Below are positions 25,725 through 38,663 of a stretch of 64,000 nt of DNA, in pieces. Numbering within the stretch: position 1 is the first letter of the stretch; each line of letters opens with the position of its first letter. Source of the DNA: Phoronis australis (taxonomy: Eukaryota > Animalia > Phoronida); the NCBI GenBank assembly GCA_002633005.1, contig NMRA01000023.1, forward strand, positions 1,172,508-1,236,507, read 5' to 3'. The notes under the pieces are model-generated. The model was given only the letters and a program-made list of their open reading frames with translations, did not search any database and had not been told where the DNA came from. The translations under genes were made by a program, and so were the position numbers.

Positions 25725-25803
25725 GAAATCATGCACAGAGTGGTACTGAGGTACATTAACAACGTGAAATTTGAGAAGAAGCGAGCGGATGTACTGAAGG
25801 AAG
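25725..25803 (+). CDS. TRPC: TRPC exon (rib helix / CIRB-like region)
   Basis: tccAG|EIMHRVVLRYINNVKFEKKRADVLKE-G|GTAATA; matches the TRPC pattern VMxxLVxRY; phase 0/1. Confidence 0.88.
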
Positions 25804-27382
25804 GTAATATCAGTTAAAGGGGAATTTCCATGTCAGTCACTCGGATCCGTTATTATTTGGCCAAATGGAACATATAACATCAATGGAGGATATAAAGTGG
25901 CATGTTAGGAGCTAAAACTGTTTCTAAAATAATGAGTTTTATGGAAAAATGAGTTGTCGCAAATCACCGACCCGTGCCCACTAAGTACTGGTGTTGACGT
26001 AGTAGTAGGAAATTACGCTGTGTGATCCGGGATACGTGAGCCCGTGCGGTTCGTCGTTAGTAAATTTCTTTGTTTAAAACTATCTATGACAATAGCTTCA
26101 AACTGGTTATCGTACCTTATATTACAATAGCATTACTGTTTAGTTCCCGCTATACCCAAAAATAGATGTATGTACATGTAAATACCCGACTCTTTGCTAG
26201 TACTGTGGCGATTGAAGTGTCAAAGGATGACGAATCTGGCTTCTCACTGGTTGACAGAACGAAACATTCTGATTGGCATTCTGATGGCCTGCTGCCTTTG
26301 TGACTGCCGCTCCTGCAGTTACAAAAGATTAAATCAATGTATTCACTCAAATTCGTCTTTTGAGACTCACTTAAGATAACGTCAGGCAACCAATAAAACA
26401 GCAAAATGATTCCTCTTATAATAAACAAGTAGGTCAAGCATGCGTTCCGAAAAAGGCAAGAATCTCGCGAAAACGCCAGAACACACAAGATTTCTCTAGA
26501 TGTCATCATTGATTACAAGGGAAGCAAGTGACCACACAAGCTTCCTCATACGTGCCTTGCCAGCACGCAGGCATCACGCAGTGGCACGCACTTTAGCATT
26601 GGTTGGTGTAACCTCAACAGCCATTGGGTAGGTTTACAACACCGTTAAAAATGGCGGACTGTGAACGATTTTTAGCCTTATCATGCAAGTGGCGTCGCTG
26701 CAGCTATTTCGTTTCTGCAGTGATGTTTAATAGCCGCGTGCTTGAAGCACATACATGTACAACAAACTCATATCTGGCCGATTTAACCGGTGTGTAATTC
26801 ATACTGTATGAATACAGGACAGTATCGTAAACAAAAGTCATCTACAGTAGAAAGATGTACTCCGAAAATGCGCAACCACAATTTCTTGGATTCACATTTC
26901 CTGAACATAATTTTTAAAGCACCGATTTGTCTGTACAACAGACCACATTTACACTTCAGTCCATCAGTCATGTCACTTTATTCGCGTAAAGCGCTACCTG
27001 TTGAGAATTCGACTAGCCAAACGCCGGTGCAAAAAAAATTCCCGAACAAAATTAAGTGATACCTGCGTGCTGGCTACTGACCACCTAGCGGCACGCAGGG
27101 AACCAGCGAGCCTCAGCGAGACCCTAACGTCTTTGAAACTACTTTGTTCGTTTGTGATCTTACTCATCAGCCCCATTCAATGCATGCACACTGCGTGTCA
27201 CGTGTCATTCATGTACGGTGCCACTTCTTCAGAGATGGCCTTGAGAAAGAAAGTAATGCCAGCCCTTAGTTACTTTTTTGTATTTTCCATTAATTTACTA
27301 AAATATAAAGTAAATTTTCAAAATATGATGGGAAACACGATATTTCTTTATGTAGGTTGGGGTACATGTGATCATGATCTCT

Positions 27383-27780
27383 TGCGAACATTTTGTCCCG
27401 TCAGCACGCATCTTTTGGTCACATCAGGTCACGTAATGTGACCAAAAAGATGGCGTGCTGACGGGACAAAAGGATCGTAACATATTTCCACGCCTCACTG
27501 AAAAAGATATATTTATACACACAATGGAGATCAAGGGTAAGACCCCCACTGTTAAGTCTGATTGGATTTCTGTGTTTAACTCGTGGTCCCGATGCCTCAG
27601 TGGCAAGAGCGTTTGCACGGTTAGCAGAAGGTCCTGGGTTCGAGTCCCGGTGGGGTGCAGAAATCTTTTCGGACTTATATTCATTAGGACACGTGATGTG
27701 ACCAAACAGATGGCGTGCTGATGGAACAAATTGTTCGCAACATATTTCCACTCCTCACTGAAAATGATATATTTATACAC
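27383..27780 (+). mobile_element. tRNA-derived SINE-like insertion with direct and inverted terminal repeats and a 12-bp TSD
   Basis: TSD ATCATGATCTCT at 27371-27382 and 27781-27792. A-box-like TGCCTCAGTGG at 27593 and B-box GGTTCGAGTCC at 27637. ~92-bp direct repeats at 27429-27520 and 27689-27780, plus an inverted partial copy at 27383-27428. Confidence 0.8.
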
Positions 27781-27971
27781 ATCATGATCTCTGTTCTACT
27801 GCGATTATACTTACAGCAGTGTATTACCTGTCAGTAATTGAAATGTTGTAATTGCCATGGAGTTATTCTTCCAAATGTAGTTTTCTTCTACTTATTCGGG
27901 ATGTCTTCAATATAAAGTTGAACTTTCTCTATTTTTTCCGTTTGTTATTTTTATGCAATCTTTCGTTTTAG

Positions 27972-28525
27972 AGATAAACGAAGTTCGTGACGATTTACAC
28001 CATTATTTAGAACGATCACTAACAGAAATTAGAAGCAAATTGGACAGTTTTTCGGCTATGATGGAGAACATGGCAAAACTCGTTGAACCAGCAAGCAATC
28101 ATGCACAAACGCTTGCAAAAAGTGGAACTACAGAGCCACGTGGAGACGGAAATGCTGCAGGATATGATGATAACGCTCAGGTCATAAGCTCTGACGATGG
28201 AGTTTCTAGGGATCAAAATGGCTCAAGTCACGCGCCAGACAGTAGTTCTGGCAGTAGTACCAGGTGGAGCGACGATAGAATACAGAGGACGACGTTAAAA
28301 TCTCGACAACAGTTAAGAGCAGTACTTGAAAATGCAAGGACAGGAAATTCTCAAGAGGCGTTCGGTGGTTTAAAGACATCTCAAGCAAGTGAAATTTTGC
28401 TTATACCCGATCGTCTACAGGGACGAGCTTTATCAAAAAGACTGAACGATTCCTTGCCACAATCGGCTTCTGCGAGACAATACAATATGGCAAATGGCTA
28501 TGTACATCACGGTGGGAACCGCTAG
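27972..28525 (+). CDS. TRPC: TRPC terminal exon (coiled coil and disordered C-tail)
   Basis: tttAG|E-INEVRDDLHHYLERSLTEIRSKLD...YVHHGGNR*; phase 1 matches the previous exon. Confidence 0.88.
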
Positions 28526-29704
28526 TTCTACATGTATGTAACTTAGACAAGTCAATCAATTTTCAAGTCAAATTTGTCACTTAGTCTACCGCTTATGTGT
28601 TTTTCAGTCTTAAGTTATTTTAATATCAGAAGTCCTAAAGAGTCGTATTTCGTGTGCAGTACGTGTTTCGGTTATTTGATAAGTCAGACTATGTTTCTAG
28701 GATTTCACGTTCTCCGCGTATTTAGCTTTGTAGGGAATGCTTGCTCGTAACAGTTGGTGTCATTGATTGGGTTGTCGATTATGCCTAAAGAGAATCGTTG
28801 TTTCTCTAAATCGGGATAGTGTTCAGTAAATGCCTCGCGACTAGAAACATCTAGCCAAAATCACGTGTTCTCAATTGAAATACATTACAATATCTCAAGT
28901 AATCTCGCGAAGACTCAGTTGCTTTTTAGTGTAGGTCCCAGCGTTACTGAACTCTACCCGGGTGAGCTACTTACTTCACGCTTGATACGTTTCCAGCTTC
29001 TGATTAGTTTGCACTATACCTCGCTTCCGTTAATCTCACTTCGGATGGCGAGAATTTGCCGGAGGCAGATTGCACCCTAGCATTGAAACACAACATTGAA
29101 AATATGTAGCTTAGTGGGTAAAAAACTGGCCAATTAGAATCTGACCGAAAATTAACGTCATTAGAAACTACACTCTACATGTACATTCCCACTCGACTAA
29201 AACAATACGGATATTGCCGTTATTCCATTATTTTGGGCTGCTTACTTTATGGAACAATATACATGTAAATGTCGGCTTTCAGCTCCATGAAATAGAGCGT
29301 CACTGTTTGTGCTGTTTCCTTTATCTATTGTTCTTCTTCCGTGAAGTTTCGTGCAGTTCATTAAAGTAGCTGAATTAGTGTCATTTTGTTAGGAGTTTCT
29401 AGTGTTTTCTTTCAAACCGAAATTAGGCTGAGCAAATTTTGCTTCGTTGAAGCTGCCACCAACTTGCCTGAGATGTTTAAAAAATCGATCATATGTTGCC
29501 TGCATATGTTTCGAGAGAACTGTTTTGAAAGTTGCTGATAGTATTTTCTTCGTTACAAAAATGAGAGAGACGGATGCAGGAAATAGCTTTTGTTAGAAGT
29601 TTTTTTTCACTTTAACGGCTGTAACGGTTGACCACCAGATTGTGTATGCACCCCAGTTTTGGTTGGGAGCTCTACATAATACTATTGTTGGTTTCGTGAC
29701 CAGG

Positions 29705-30150
29705 TAACGATCAGAACAAACCGAGAGGTGTTTGACTTCGAGACTGACATAAAATTTTCACACATTTCTAAACTATGAAATAAAGATCGAGTAGCCATGC
29801 CAACGTATCAACAAACTGGCTGAAGACAAAAAGGACACCAGCAGTGCCTTGTTTATTAACACTGGTCACACAATATGGTTTCCTGAAGTCAAAATTCTTG
29901 ATCGTTACAATAACTATGTCAAACTCTCAATACCCTAGGCCATCGACACCCAGGACTTCCATGCTGATAGGTCACTCAGTAGGAATATTGGAGCGTGCAG
30001 GCTGTAGTTGCGGTAGATAACTTGTTAGTTGACAGATCTTGTGTCATGCTCTGTGATGTGAAGTGAGTATTCTGTTACGGTATTTTGTTCCATTCCGTTT
30101 GACCATTTTACCTGAGGATGGTATTTCCCTAATATCGAAACGTCGTCCAT
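29705..30150 (+). mobile_element. Penelope-like retroelement 3' relic (GIY-YIG endonuclease C-terminus plus pLTR hammerhead)
   Basis: Degraded translations QTERCLTSRLT* (cf. GxTxRxLxxRxxEH) and SSALFINTGHTIWFPEVKILDRYNNYVKLSIP*AID (cf. SAxxxHxxxTGH..VKILD..EAIxI), followed by a hammerhead core. Confidence 0.7.
30110..30146 (+). ncRNA. Minimal type I hammerhead ribozyme (PLE-type)
   Basis: AC-CTGAGGA-T-GGTATT(tccct)AATATC-GAAA-C-GTC-GT: intact CUGANGA and GAAA core, stem II and GUC triplet (predicted cut after 30144). Stem I is very short. Confidence 0.65.
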
Positions 30151-31473
30151 GCTGCACTCTTGGGTCGCTTTTGTTTACAACTTCTTACAAATAGATATAT
30201 GAGAATGGAGACGCGTCGAGCAGTCACGTGATGGCAATTTGGCAGCGCCAACACCAATATGAATAAGGTGACTACGTGCTGTATGAGGCGTTTTCCCAGC
30301 TTTGACTGCCGCTTCACGGCAGATTGCGAGCGTGTAATTTGCCTCAAGTATACTCACCGTCAGGGGTGCGCTATAGAGTTGTATGTACACTTGATTTATC
30401 ATCAATGCGAGAACGTCTTCATATTGTGTTCAGCTACTACTAGCTACCCAGGAGAATCACACTAACCACGTTTGTTAGGTTCGAGTATGTTTTAGCAAAA
30501 GCCAATGTATGATCTACTTTTCTATTAAAGCTGGAGGTTCAGCTATTTATTTTATTTTAATTTACCAGTACACGGTAACCTTTCTGCTGAATTGTTATTG
30601 TGATTGTTTCGTGTAAAAAATACGTAACGCATTAACTCTGATTAGGCGGTAGTTTAGTTCTACTTTTAATGGGCATGCAAAATGTATTTCCGCTTCAAAG
30701 TATCTAAAGTATTATGGTAATTGAACTGACTTGTCTTGGACCGACTTGTTCTTGTAGGGATCTATCACTTACTGTTTTTAAATGAACATGCATGTATTTG
30801 ATACGCTTTCATATCAATCATTAAACATAACAAATATAATGTTCTCTACTAATCCCTCAGTATGGTTCTTTTTTACTTTTAAGTGGTTTATATTAGTCTT
30901 ACTAGTACCTATTTACGACAAAATTGCTGTTTCAAAACACAAGCGCGCGCGACTTTGAAATCAAGTTGAAATATACAATTTTTAATAGCGTTTAGAGATT
31001 TTTATTGTAGGTTATTCAGGATGCCTTCTGAAGAATCTGTTCATTCTTGGTATTGTACTCTTCGCCACGCTGGAAAACAAGGTGCGAAACTAAAAAAGAA
31101 CTATGAAAATAGCTTTATTATTTATTTTGGTCTGAGTTTTTTTTAAATTGATGCGGTGATGGGATACTTTCGCTGTCCATATTTTCAAAAACAAAGTCAT
31201 ATGTTGTTAGTTAAAATGGGAAAAACAAAAACACTCTTATGAGTTTACATGTTCCTGTATATTTTCTTTTTTTAGTGTGAACTCACGTCAAGTATCTTTA
31301 ATTCTTTGCTTGTATACACTATGGTCTTTCCGGATAAGTGTCAAATGTCACTTCTCACTTGATGATCCCAAATTTAAAGCAACCAATTCGAGATCAAACT
31401 CAAATTTTTTAGTTCAAATTTGTGTCAGAACTCGAGTTTGGAGATTAAACTTCGTACTCGGGAAGTGACTAAG

Positions 31474-31986
31474 GTATGATGGCCGTTGGGAGGAAATCGT
31501 CGCCGGAAAAATACGAGCGTAATTATGTACACTACGCCGTTATTTACGCCATTAATTACGCGTAAAACTACTAGCGTAGTTTAATTCTTTACAGGGGAAA
31601 ATTACACTCGTAATGTAGTTTAAACTCTTAGCCAATGACGTTCGGTATTACAACTCACGGTCGCGCATTCATGGAAATACTTATTTACTGACGGGTTACA
31701 TGTCTACGCTACGAACGGTCAATCATGGCGGATCAAATCGCTGCTGCAATGTCAGCGACTTGTGCATGAACGAGCTGCTCAGCAACAGTCGTGTAAGTTA
31801 GGTTAACACTGCGTTGGTGTAAATTTGGAACGTTCTTAAGGTATTTTATGAGCTTAATTTACGGCGACATTTCCCCCATTTAATTTAGGGGCGTAATTGT
31901 ACTGCAACATTTTTGCAATTTAATTTACACTCGTAATTACGAGCGTAATTTTACGGTGACACTTTCCCCTCAACGGCCCACCATAC
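31474..31986. mobile_element. MITE with ~50-bp imperfect TIRs and internal CGTAATT/AATTACG repeats
   Basis: GTATGATGGCCGTTGGGAGGAAA... vs ...TTTCCCCTCAACGGCCCACCATAC are inverted. TSD not resolved. Confidence 0.6.
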
Positions 31987-32239
31987 TCAGGACCCTGTCA
32001 CGCCAAATTCGTCATCAGATCTTCTGAGCCCCAACATCTTGGTGAAAGTGGCTCGGTGCGGGCGGAGACGGGCCACTTTAGTCAAAACCTTGTCCCGAGT
32101 GTGAGTTTCCTACTCAGACTGCACAACGCGTAATCAGTTTCAAGTGGTTTTCGTGGTCACACTGACAGCTACGTGTACTTTTGTGAGAGAGCGACATGAA
32201 TTTCGTGTGCTTTGTCCCTTGAAGTAGACTTGCGTTTTA

Positions 32240-32293
32240 ATAGTAATAATAGTAATAGTTATTATTATTATCACGATTAGTATTTTTACCATC

Positions 32294-32338
<45 letters not shown>

Positions 32339-32411
32339 GCTACTACTCATCATTATCATCATCATTACTATTATCATTATTATTATTATTATTATTATTA
32401 GCAGTAGCAGC

Positions 32412-32445
<34 letters not shown>

Positions 32446-32455
32446 AAGTCTGTAT

Positions 32456-32497
<42 letters not shown>
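32240..32497. repeat. Compound microsatellite (TAA/TAC/TCA/TTA/TAG)n followed by (TA)n
   Basis: Directly visible. Confidence 0.95.
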
Positions 32498-32500
<3 letters not shown>

Positions 32501-34222
32501 AGTCTGTATTGATGCACAATGAAGTTTGTATTGATATATAGTGAAGTCTGTATTGATATATAGTGAAATCTGTATTGATTTTTAGTGAGGTCTGCGTTGA
32601 TATATAGTGAAGTCTGTATTTATTTACAATGACGTCTATGCTGATATACAGTGAAGTCTGTATTGATATGTAGTGAAGTCTGTATAGATATATAGGGAAG
32701 TCTGTATTGATATATAGTGAAATCTGTATTGATATATAGTGAAGTCTGCATTGATATATAGTGAAGTCTGTGTTGATATACAATGAAGTCTATATTCATA
32801 TACGGTGAAGTCTGTATTGATATACAGTGAAGTCTGTGTTGATGTATAGTGAAGTCTGTGTTGATATACAGTGAAATCTGTGTTGATATACAGTGAAGTC
32901 TGTGTTGATATACTGTGAAGTCTGTGTTGATACACAGTGAAGTCTCTGTTGATATACTGTGAAGTCTGTGTTGATGAACAGTTAAGTCTTTATTGATATA
33001 CAATGAAATCTGTGTTGATATACAATGAAGTCTGTGTTGATATACAGTGAAGTATGTTTAGATTTACGATAAAGTCTGTGTTGATATAAAGTAAAGTCTG
33101 AGTTGATATACAGTGAAGTCTGTGTTGATATACGGTGAAGTCTGTGTTTATGTATAGGGAATTCTGTATTAATATATAATGAAGTCTGTATTGATGTATA
33201 GTTAAATCTGTATTGATATATAGTGAAGTCTGTATTGATATACAGTGAATTCTGTGTTGATATACTGTGAAGTCTGTTGATATACAGTGAATTCCGTGTT
33301 TATATACAATGAAGTCTGACTTTATTTATAGCGAAGTCTGGATTGATATATAGTTAAGTCTGTATTGATGTATAGTGAAATCTGGATTGATATATAGTTA
33401 AGTCTGTATTGATATGTAGTGAAATCTGGATTGATATACAGTGAAATCTCGGTTGATATACTGTGAAGTCTGTGTTGATATACAGTGAATTCTGAGTTGA
33501 TATACAGTGTAGTCTGTGTTGATAAACAGTGAATTCTGAGTTGATATACAGTGTAGTCTGTACTGATATACAGTGAAGTCTGTGTTGAAAAACAGTGAAG
33601 TCTGAGTTTTATACCGTGTATTCTGTGTTGATATACAGTGTAGTCTGTATTAATGTACCGCAAAGTCTGTATTGATGTACAGTGAAGTCTGTATTGAAAT
33701 AGAGTGAAGACTATGTTGATATACAGTGAAGTCTGTGTTAATATACAGTGAAATCTGTGTTGATATACAGTGAAGTCTGTGTTGATATACGGTGAAGTCT
33801 GTGTTGATATACTGTGAAGTCTGTGTTGATATACTATGAAGTCTGTGTTGAGACACAGTGAAGTCTCTGTTGATATACTGTGAAGTCTGTGTTGATGAAC
33901 AGTGAAGTCTTCATTTGTATACAATGAAATCTGTGTTGATATACAGTGAAGTCTGATTTGATATACAGTGAAGTCTGTGTTGATATACAGTGAAGTCTGA
34001 GTTTTATACAGTGTATTCTGTGTTGATATACAGTGTAGTCTGTATTGATGTACTGCGAAGTCTGTATTGATGTACAGTGAAGTCTTTATTGAAATACAGT
34101 GAAGTCTGTATTGAAATACAGTGAAGTCTATGTTGATATACATGTATAGTGAAGTCTGTATTGATATATAGTGAATTCTGTATTGATATATAGTAAAGTC
34201 TGTATTGATATATAGTGAAATC
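32441..34222. repeat. Minisatellite, 22-bp unit GTGAAGTCTGT(G/A)TTGATATA(C/T)A, roughly 78 copies
   Basis: Head-to-tail copies without spacers; the source of the spurious minus-strand INTDFTVYQ ORFs. Confidence 0.97.
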
Positions 34223-37200
34223 TATCTTAATAAGTTGCTTGTCGCGGCGGGTTTCAGTAGTCAGTGACCATCAAGGAACTTCTGCACGATTTGTTGTAAC
34301 CAGTTTTAACAAAAAGTTGAGAAACCGGTGGCGATGTTTGGACGAGTAAATACGCCTGTGAGGAAATTATATATTTATCAGAAAAACAGGGTTGTATTGG
34401 CGTTACCTCCACCTAAAAACTACTAAACTTAGATATTGATTTCTCTGAAATGTTTTGCCTTCAAGTGAATGTGTCTAAATTTGCTATGTAGGCGCATTTT
34501 CACATTGAGGCGCATGGACGTTTAAGCATGTGTATTGGGTTGGCGTTTTAGCTTGAAAGAAAGTCGTGAACGTACGTCTCTTGCTATGTGACCTAAAGCA
34601 ATGAAGCACTGATTATTACATCGGAAAACACACATCAGTGGTGGACACAAGGTTATTTAATGAATGGAAAAGAACTCCCCAAGGCTCATCGTTTAGCTGC
34701 CCTACATTTAAACAATCATTTTTTGTTCTACTTGCACTACATTTTTGAACTTCTACACGTGTACATGTACGTCATAGATCTGACACCGGAATTTTTTTTT
34801 GACTAAGTAAGCCCATTTAAGAGTACGCCCATGGGCGTACCATGGGCGTAGTTTCGAAAATTTTCCAAGTAACTGTCTACATGTTTTGGAAATCTGATGG
34901 ATTGTTAGAATGTCATATGATTGATGTAAAGTTTAGTTTATTTTAACAAGACATTATATTTTAGGATCGCAATTTCACTCAAATGACTATCATATATCGA
35001 GATATTGGATGGCCTTATTGGAAGCTATCTTAATTACGTACTTTGGAAACAGTCCTGAGTGAATAATTAAACGTTTTATGATGCAGCTTAAAGTAAACAG
35101 TTATGACTGACTCAGTAACCGAAAATACGTCCTGGCGTATATTCCGTTTCATTTGACTTTTTTGAAAAGTCGTTTTCCGAGTAATCCGTTCATGGGCCAA
35201 TTTTCGGTATTTTTGCAGCATTAGGACTATTAAAACTAAGGTTTTAAATAATTTACTTAACACTGCAAAACATTAGTAGTGTTTCAAAAAGCGAAATTTT
35301 GCGCTTTTCAAGTTTATAAACAAAGAGAACTAGGAAGGTGAAGACTCTGGAGTATTCGAAACCTAGATTTTGCTTAAATAGGTGAAGACAATGTCCAAAA
35401 CGGTTAGCTCATAACAGCATTCACAAGCCGTCCATTCATAAGGCATGTCGAATGTTCGTGAAAATTCTACAAGTAAATTCCGGTTGATCTTTCATCATCT
35501 GGTCCCAAATGAGAAGACAGATTTGTCTTCTAATGGTGAGTACATTCCGTTTATTCATCTTATGATTATTCTTTGTTCGCCCATGGAGATCGTTCAAAGA
35601 TTAGCATTTTATGCATCAATACTATGCTAATTTCTCGTAAGACGGCTGATCGGAAGTCTTTATGGACGCTCGTAAAATAAACTTCAACACTATAGAATTT
35701 AACCCATGAAAATTGCAGGTTTTCTGAGTTGCTCAATTTTATTTTTGTGACACGTGACTACATTTTAGTAAAATTTATAAAAAGGTGTTAATAACCAAAT
35801 TTGGTTTGACATATATGTTCCGAAGTTAACCAAATTTTGACATTGTTCTGGCGTTCTACATAACCTTAACCTACTAGTCTGTAATCTGGTGAGACATCCT
35901 ATCAGTCTTCTCTTAAAAATTCAGATCAGGCCCGCTTTGCAATCCCTGTGCTGGTAACTTGACTCCAAAAACTCACGCTAGTACAGTTGTATGTGAATAA
36001 TGCGGCATTATTGGTTAAGTTTTGTCTCTGAGACTTTGTCGAGTCTGTGTGCATAGATTAGGGCAAGGACGACGCTTTTAATTGATTTTACTGCGTACGC
36101 CGGAAGGTCTCGATCCAGACTCTTATGGAAACCTTCTGGAGTTACTTATTCTTTGGCTCAGGATTTTTAGGCTCTTAAACTTAGAATTCTAGATTGGGGT
36201 TTTGTTACCAATAGCCAGAGTACATATCATAAAACATTAATACCTTGTTCAAAATACAGTTACGCACTAATAAACGTTTTGCATATCGATAAAATATAAT
36301 CCTAAATCTCAAGAAACCTTGTTCCAATAATGTTTCGTGCTTCTACACATTCTGTAATTTTATGACAACAGACGGTGTATACACGACTATATTCATTAAA
36401 TTCTCCTTCTTTTGTTTACATACGACCAATCAGACGGTAATAAAATCATTGACTGCTTCCCCAAAAACAACTTTTTAGGTATTGTTCATGTCTCAACTAA
36501 TATCCGCCTAGATTGATTTAATATCAAACAATTTCCGTTTTTTAACCGGGAGTTAGGTTAAATTTACCAACTTGATCGATGATGAGAATGCAAATCATGC
36601 TGTCATAACACATGTAAACCGAGTTTGCCAAGCAGGCCGTTTCCGGTCATGTCATTTTAGGCCACTGGACACTTGAAACAAAGGTACTACCTATTTTCAG
36701 TTCATTTTGTTTCTGATAAGACAACATTTCCCTGAGAAAATGGTTTTGCGTGTACTTCTTCCTAGTATTATTGATTAATTAAATTACATTATTCTACGGT
36801 TTACTATCTTTAAGCGGTCTCTGTTTCCAGTCATCAAACAGCGATGTTGACAGGTTTCTAAAGTTTTCGTCAGCTGTGTAATTTTAGAGAATTTCAAACT
36901 GAAAAATTTTACATGAGAACAATTTTCTTTAATAATCTTCAAATAAAACCGGGCTGTTAGAAGAGTACATTAAACAGTGCTTATGTAGCAATGTTGGGAG
37001 AATTGTTTAATATAATTTCTCAAAAACAAGTAGGCTTCTCGAGGGAATAAGCTCTAAGATTTCTGGAGGCCTCGTATTTTGGTTTGCACTCACCACGCCA
37101 CCACAATTTTGTCAACCCCTCCCCCCATCCCTACTCCGATCGCCTGAGTTTTAACTTCAATTGGCATCGGTTATCAATTCTGGCTTCCTAAAACCGATTT

Positions 37201-37865
37201 GAAAAATTAACATAGTGACGTCACTTTTTTACTAAAATATATTTTTGTTTTTACAACAACCTCTTGCCTGCTTACTATGGCACGGAGTTTGCAGTCATGT
37301 TCTGCGAAGAAGTCTGCGTTTGATACTTTTATCATCAGTCGAAAACGCTTTTTTTATTTACGTCGACAATCACTGCCACTTCGCTCGGCTACTGTTATAG
37401 TGCACAGAACACATGAACTCTGTGTTACTGAAATTGTCATTTTAAGAAAGCTTTCTAATTTTCGACAAAGAAGCACGCTGAGCAGTGGAGTTTATATTGA
37501 CATGCGGTCGGTGGATGCACAGCATAAACCACGCGAGACGACGTCATAGGCAACAAAGACATCCAAGTTTATCCGTTTATTCTTTATTTTGTGTGTTATA
37601 TATGTGATATTCTGCCAACAACTTTGTTTTTGTTCGATGTATGCCACATCCTCTGTGCTATTAATTGTTCTAGCAGAAACAAGTTGCCCTTTTCTGTTCG
37701 TCATCCTGTTTTTTTTTCGTCAAATGTGTAATACGAGTTTGGTGTGTTAGGGCTCTGAGAGCTGATAAAAACGAGATTTGTCATATTCAGGGTTACGGTG
37801 TTTGTCACGGTCATTTTCACAATTATGTAAGTCGTTAATTACTTTAGTGAGGTAGGTGATTAAAC

Positions 37866-37927
37866 CATGCGCGCACCCAGGGGGGGGGGGGGNNNGGGGG
37901 GGGGGGGGGGCCTCGGGGGCGCGCATG
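37866..37927. mobile_element. Tiny or collapsed MITE spanning an assembly gap
   Basis: Ends CATGCGCGCACCC / GGGGCGCGCATG, poly-G with NNN inside, flanks TAAAC/TAAAT. Confidence 0.55.
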
Positions 37928-38663
37928 TAAATTTCACTGTCTGGATGACGACAAAAGGCAGCAATATACAAGACTTATTGTGTATAAGTGTGCTACAGTA
38001 CAAGTGTACTTCTTGTCGCAATGGTCAGTGATATGAACTGATTGTTACATGTTTTTCAAAAATAGTCATTACGATAATGGTCTTTTACTCTAACCTGATG
38101 TACATACATCCCCTTGTAATGCTGTATGTTTGTAAGCAGGCAGACATGTCAAATTTATTTGAAGCTCTCATGTTTGTCTTGTATATAAAATTAATTCGTT
38201 TGTGATTTGCGACCTTCATCATGTGAAATTAATTGATGAAATATTTTGACAGCTTACCATGTACACATCGTGCTATTCTGAAACAATAGAGTCAAAGGCT
38301 GTCAATCCTTAACAAATTAGACTATATGTGTTTCGTTACCGCCCACAATTGTTAACGATTAGCGTTCATGTCTTTCCACGTCCCTCTAGGCCCACGTGCA
38401 GCGGCGTAGACAACTTGTTTCAACAATGGCTCACAGGTGTTGTAAGGGAATTAAAGACATACGTCCTCACGCGAGACTCACATTTAATCGAACATATCGT
38501 TTTTATCATTAATCGAAGTGTTTCGCCAGCCAGTTTCATTTTAGACAAGTTGTTTTTCTTGTCGCAAATGTGTTTATTTCTTCAGATAAAATGAAGGTTC
38601 GCACTTAGTTTGTAAATAAACTATTGTATAGTTGTACAATTGGATGAAATTTTCAAGTTCATT

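Larger units (their letters stand above)
3922..28525 (+). other. TRPC: Canonical TRP (TRPC-like) cation channel gene, 5'-partial (gene span)
   Basis: Exons 3922-4048, 10256-10417, 11396-11560, 11951-12122, 12963-13148, 14882-15128, 15582-15810, 19964-20131, 25725-25803 and 27972-28525 join in one frame (2089 nt) with GT-AG borders and matching phases. Motifs include RLNAYRGL..DP, LAIRYEQK-FIAH, KFLNHSAAY, WNFID, QLQISYGRM, VNMLIAMM, TRP box EWKFAR and LPVPFN. Confidence 0.95.

Noticed and set aside
27585-27657. Functional tRNA gene
   Set aside because: A and B boxes are present, but the acceptor stem pairs poorly and the sequence is embedded in a TSD-flanked repeat; it is tRNA-derived, not a tRNA.
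25815-27875. Kolobok-like element from TTAAAGGGGAATTTCCATG to CATGGAGTTATTCTTCCAA
   Set aside because: The right-hand TIR and TSD are too degenerate to support the boundaries.
32441-34222. CRISPR-like array, or repeat-protein ORFs (up to 273 aa) on - strand
   Set aside because: Units are contiguous with no unique spacers, no cas genes are present and the context is eukaryotic. The ORFs are translations of the 22-bp repeat.
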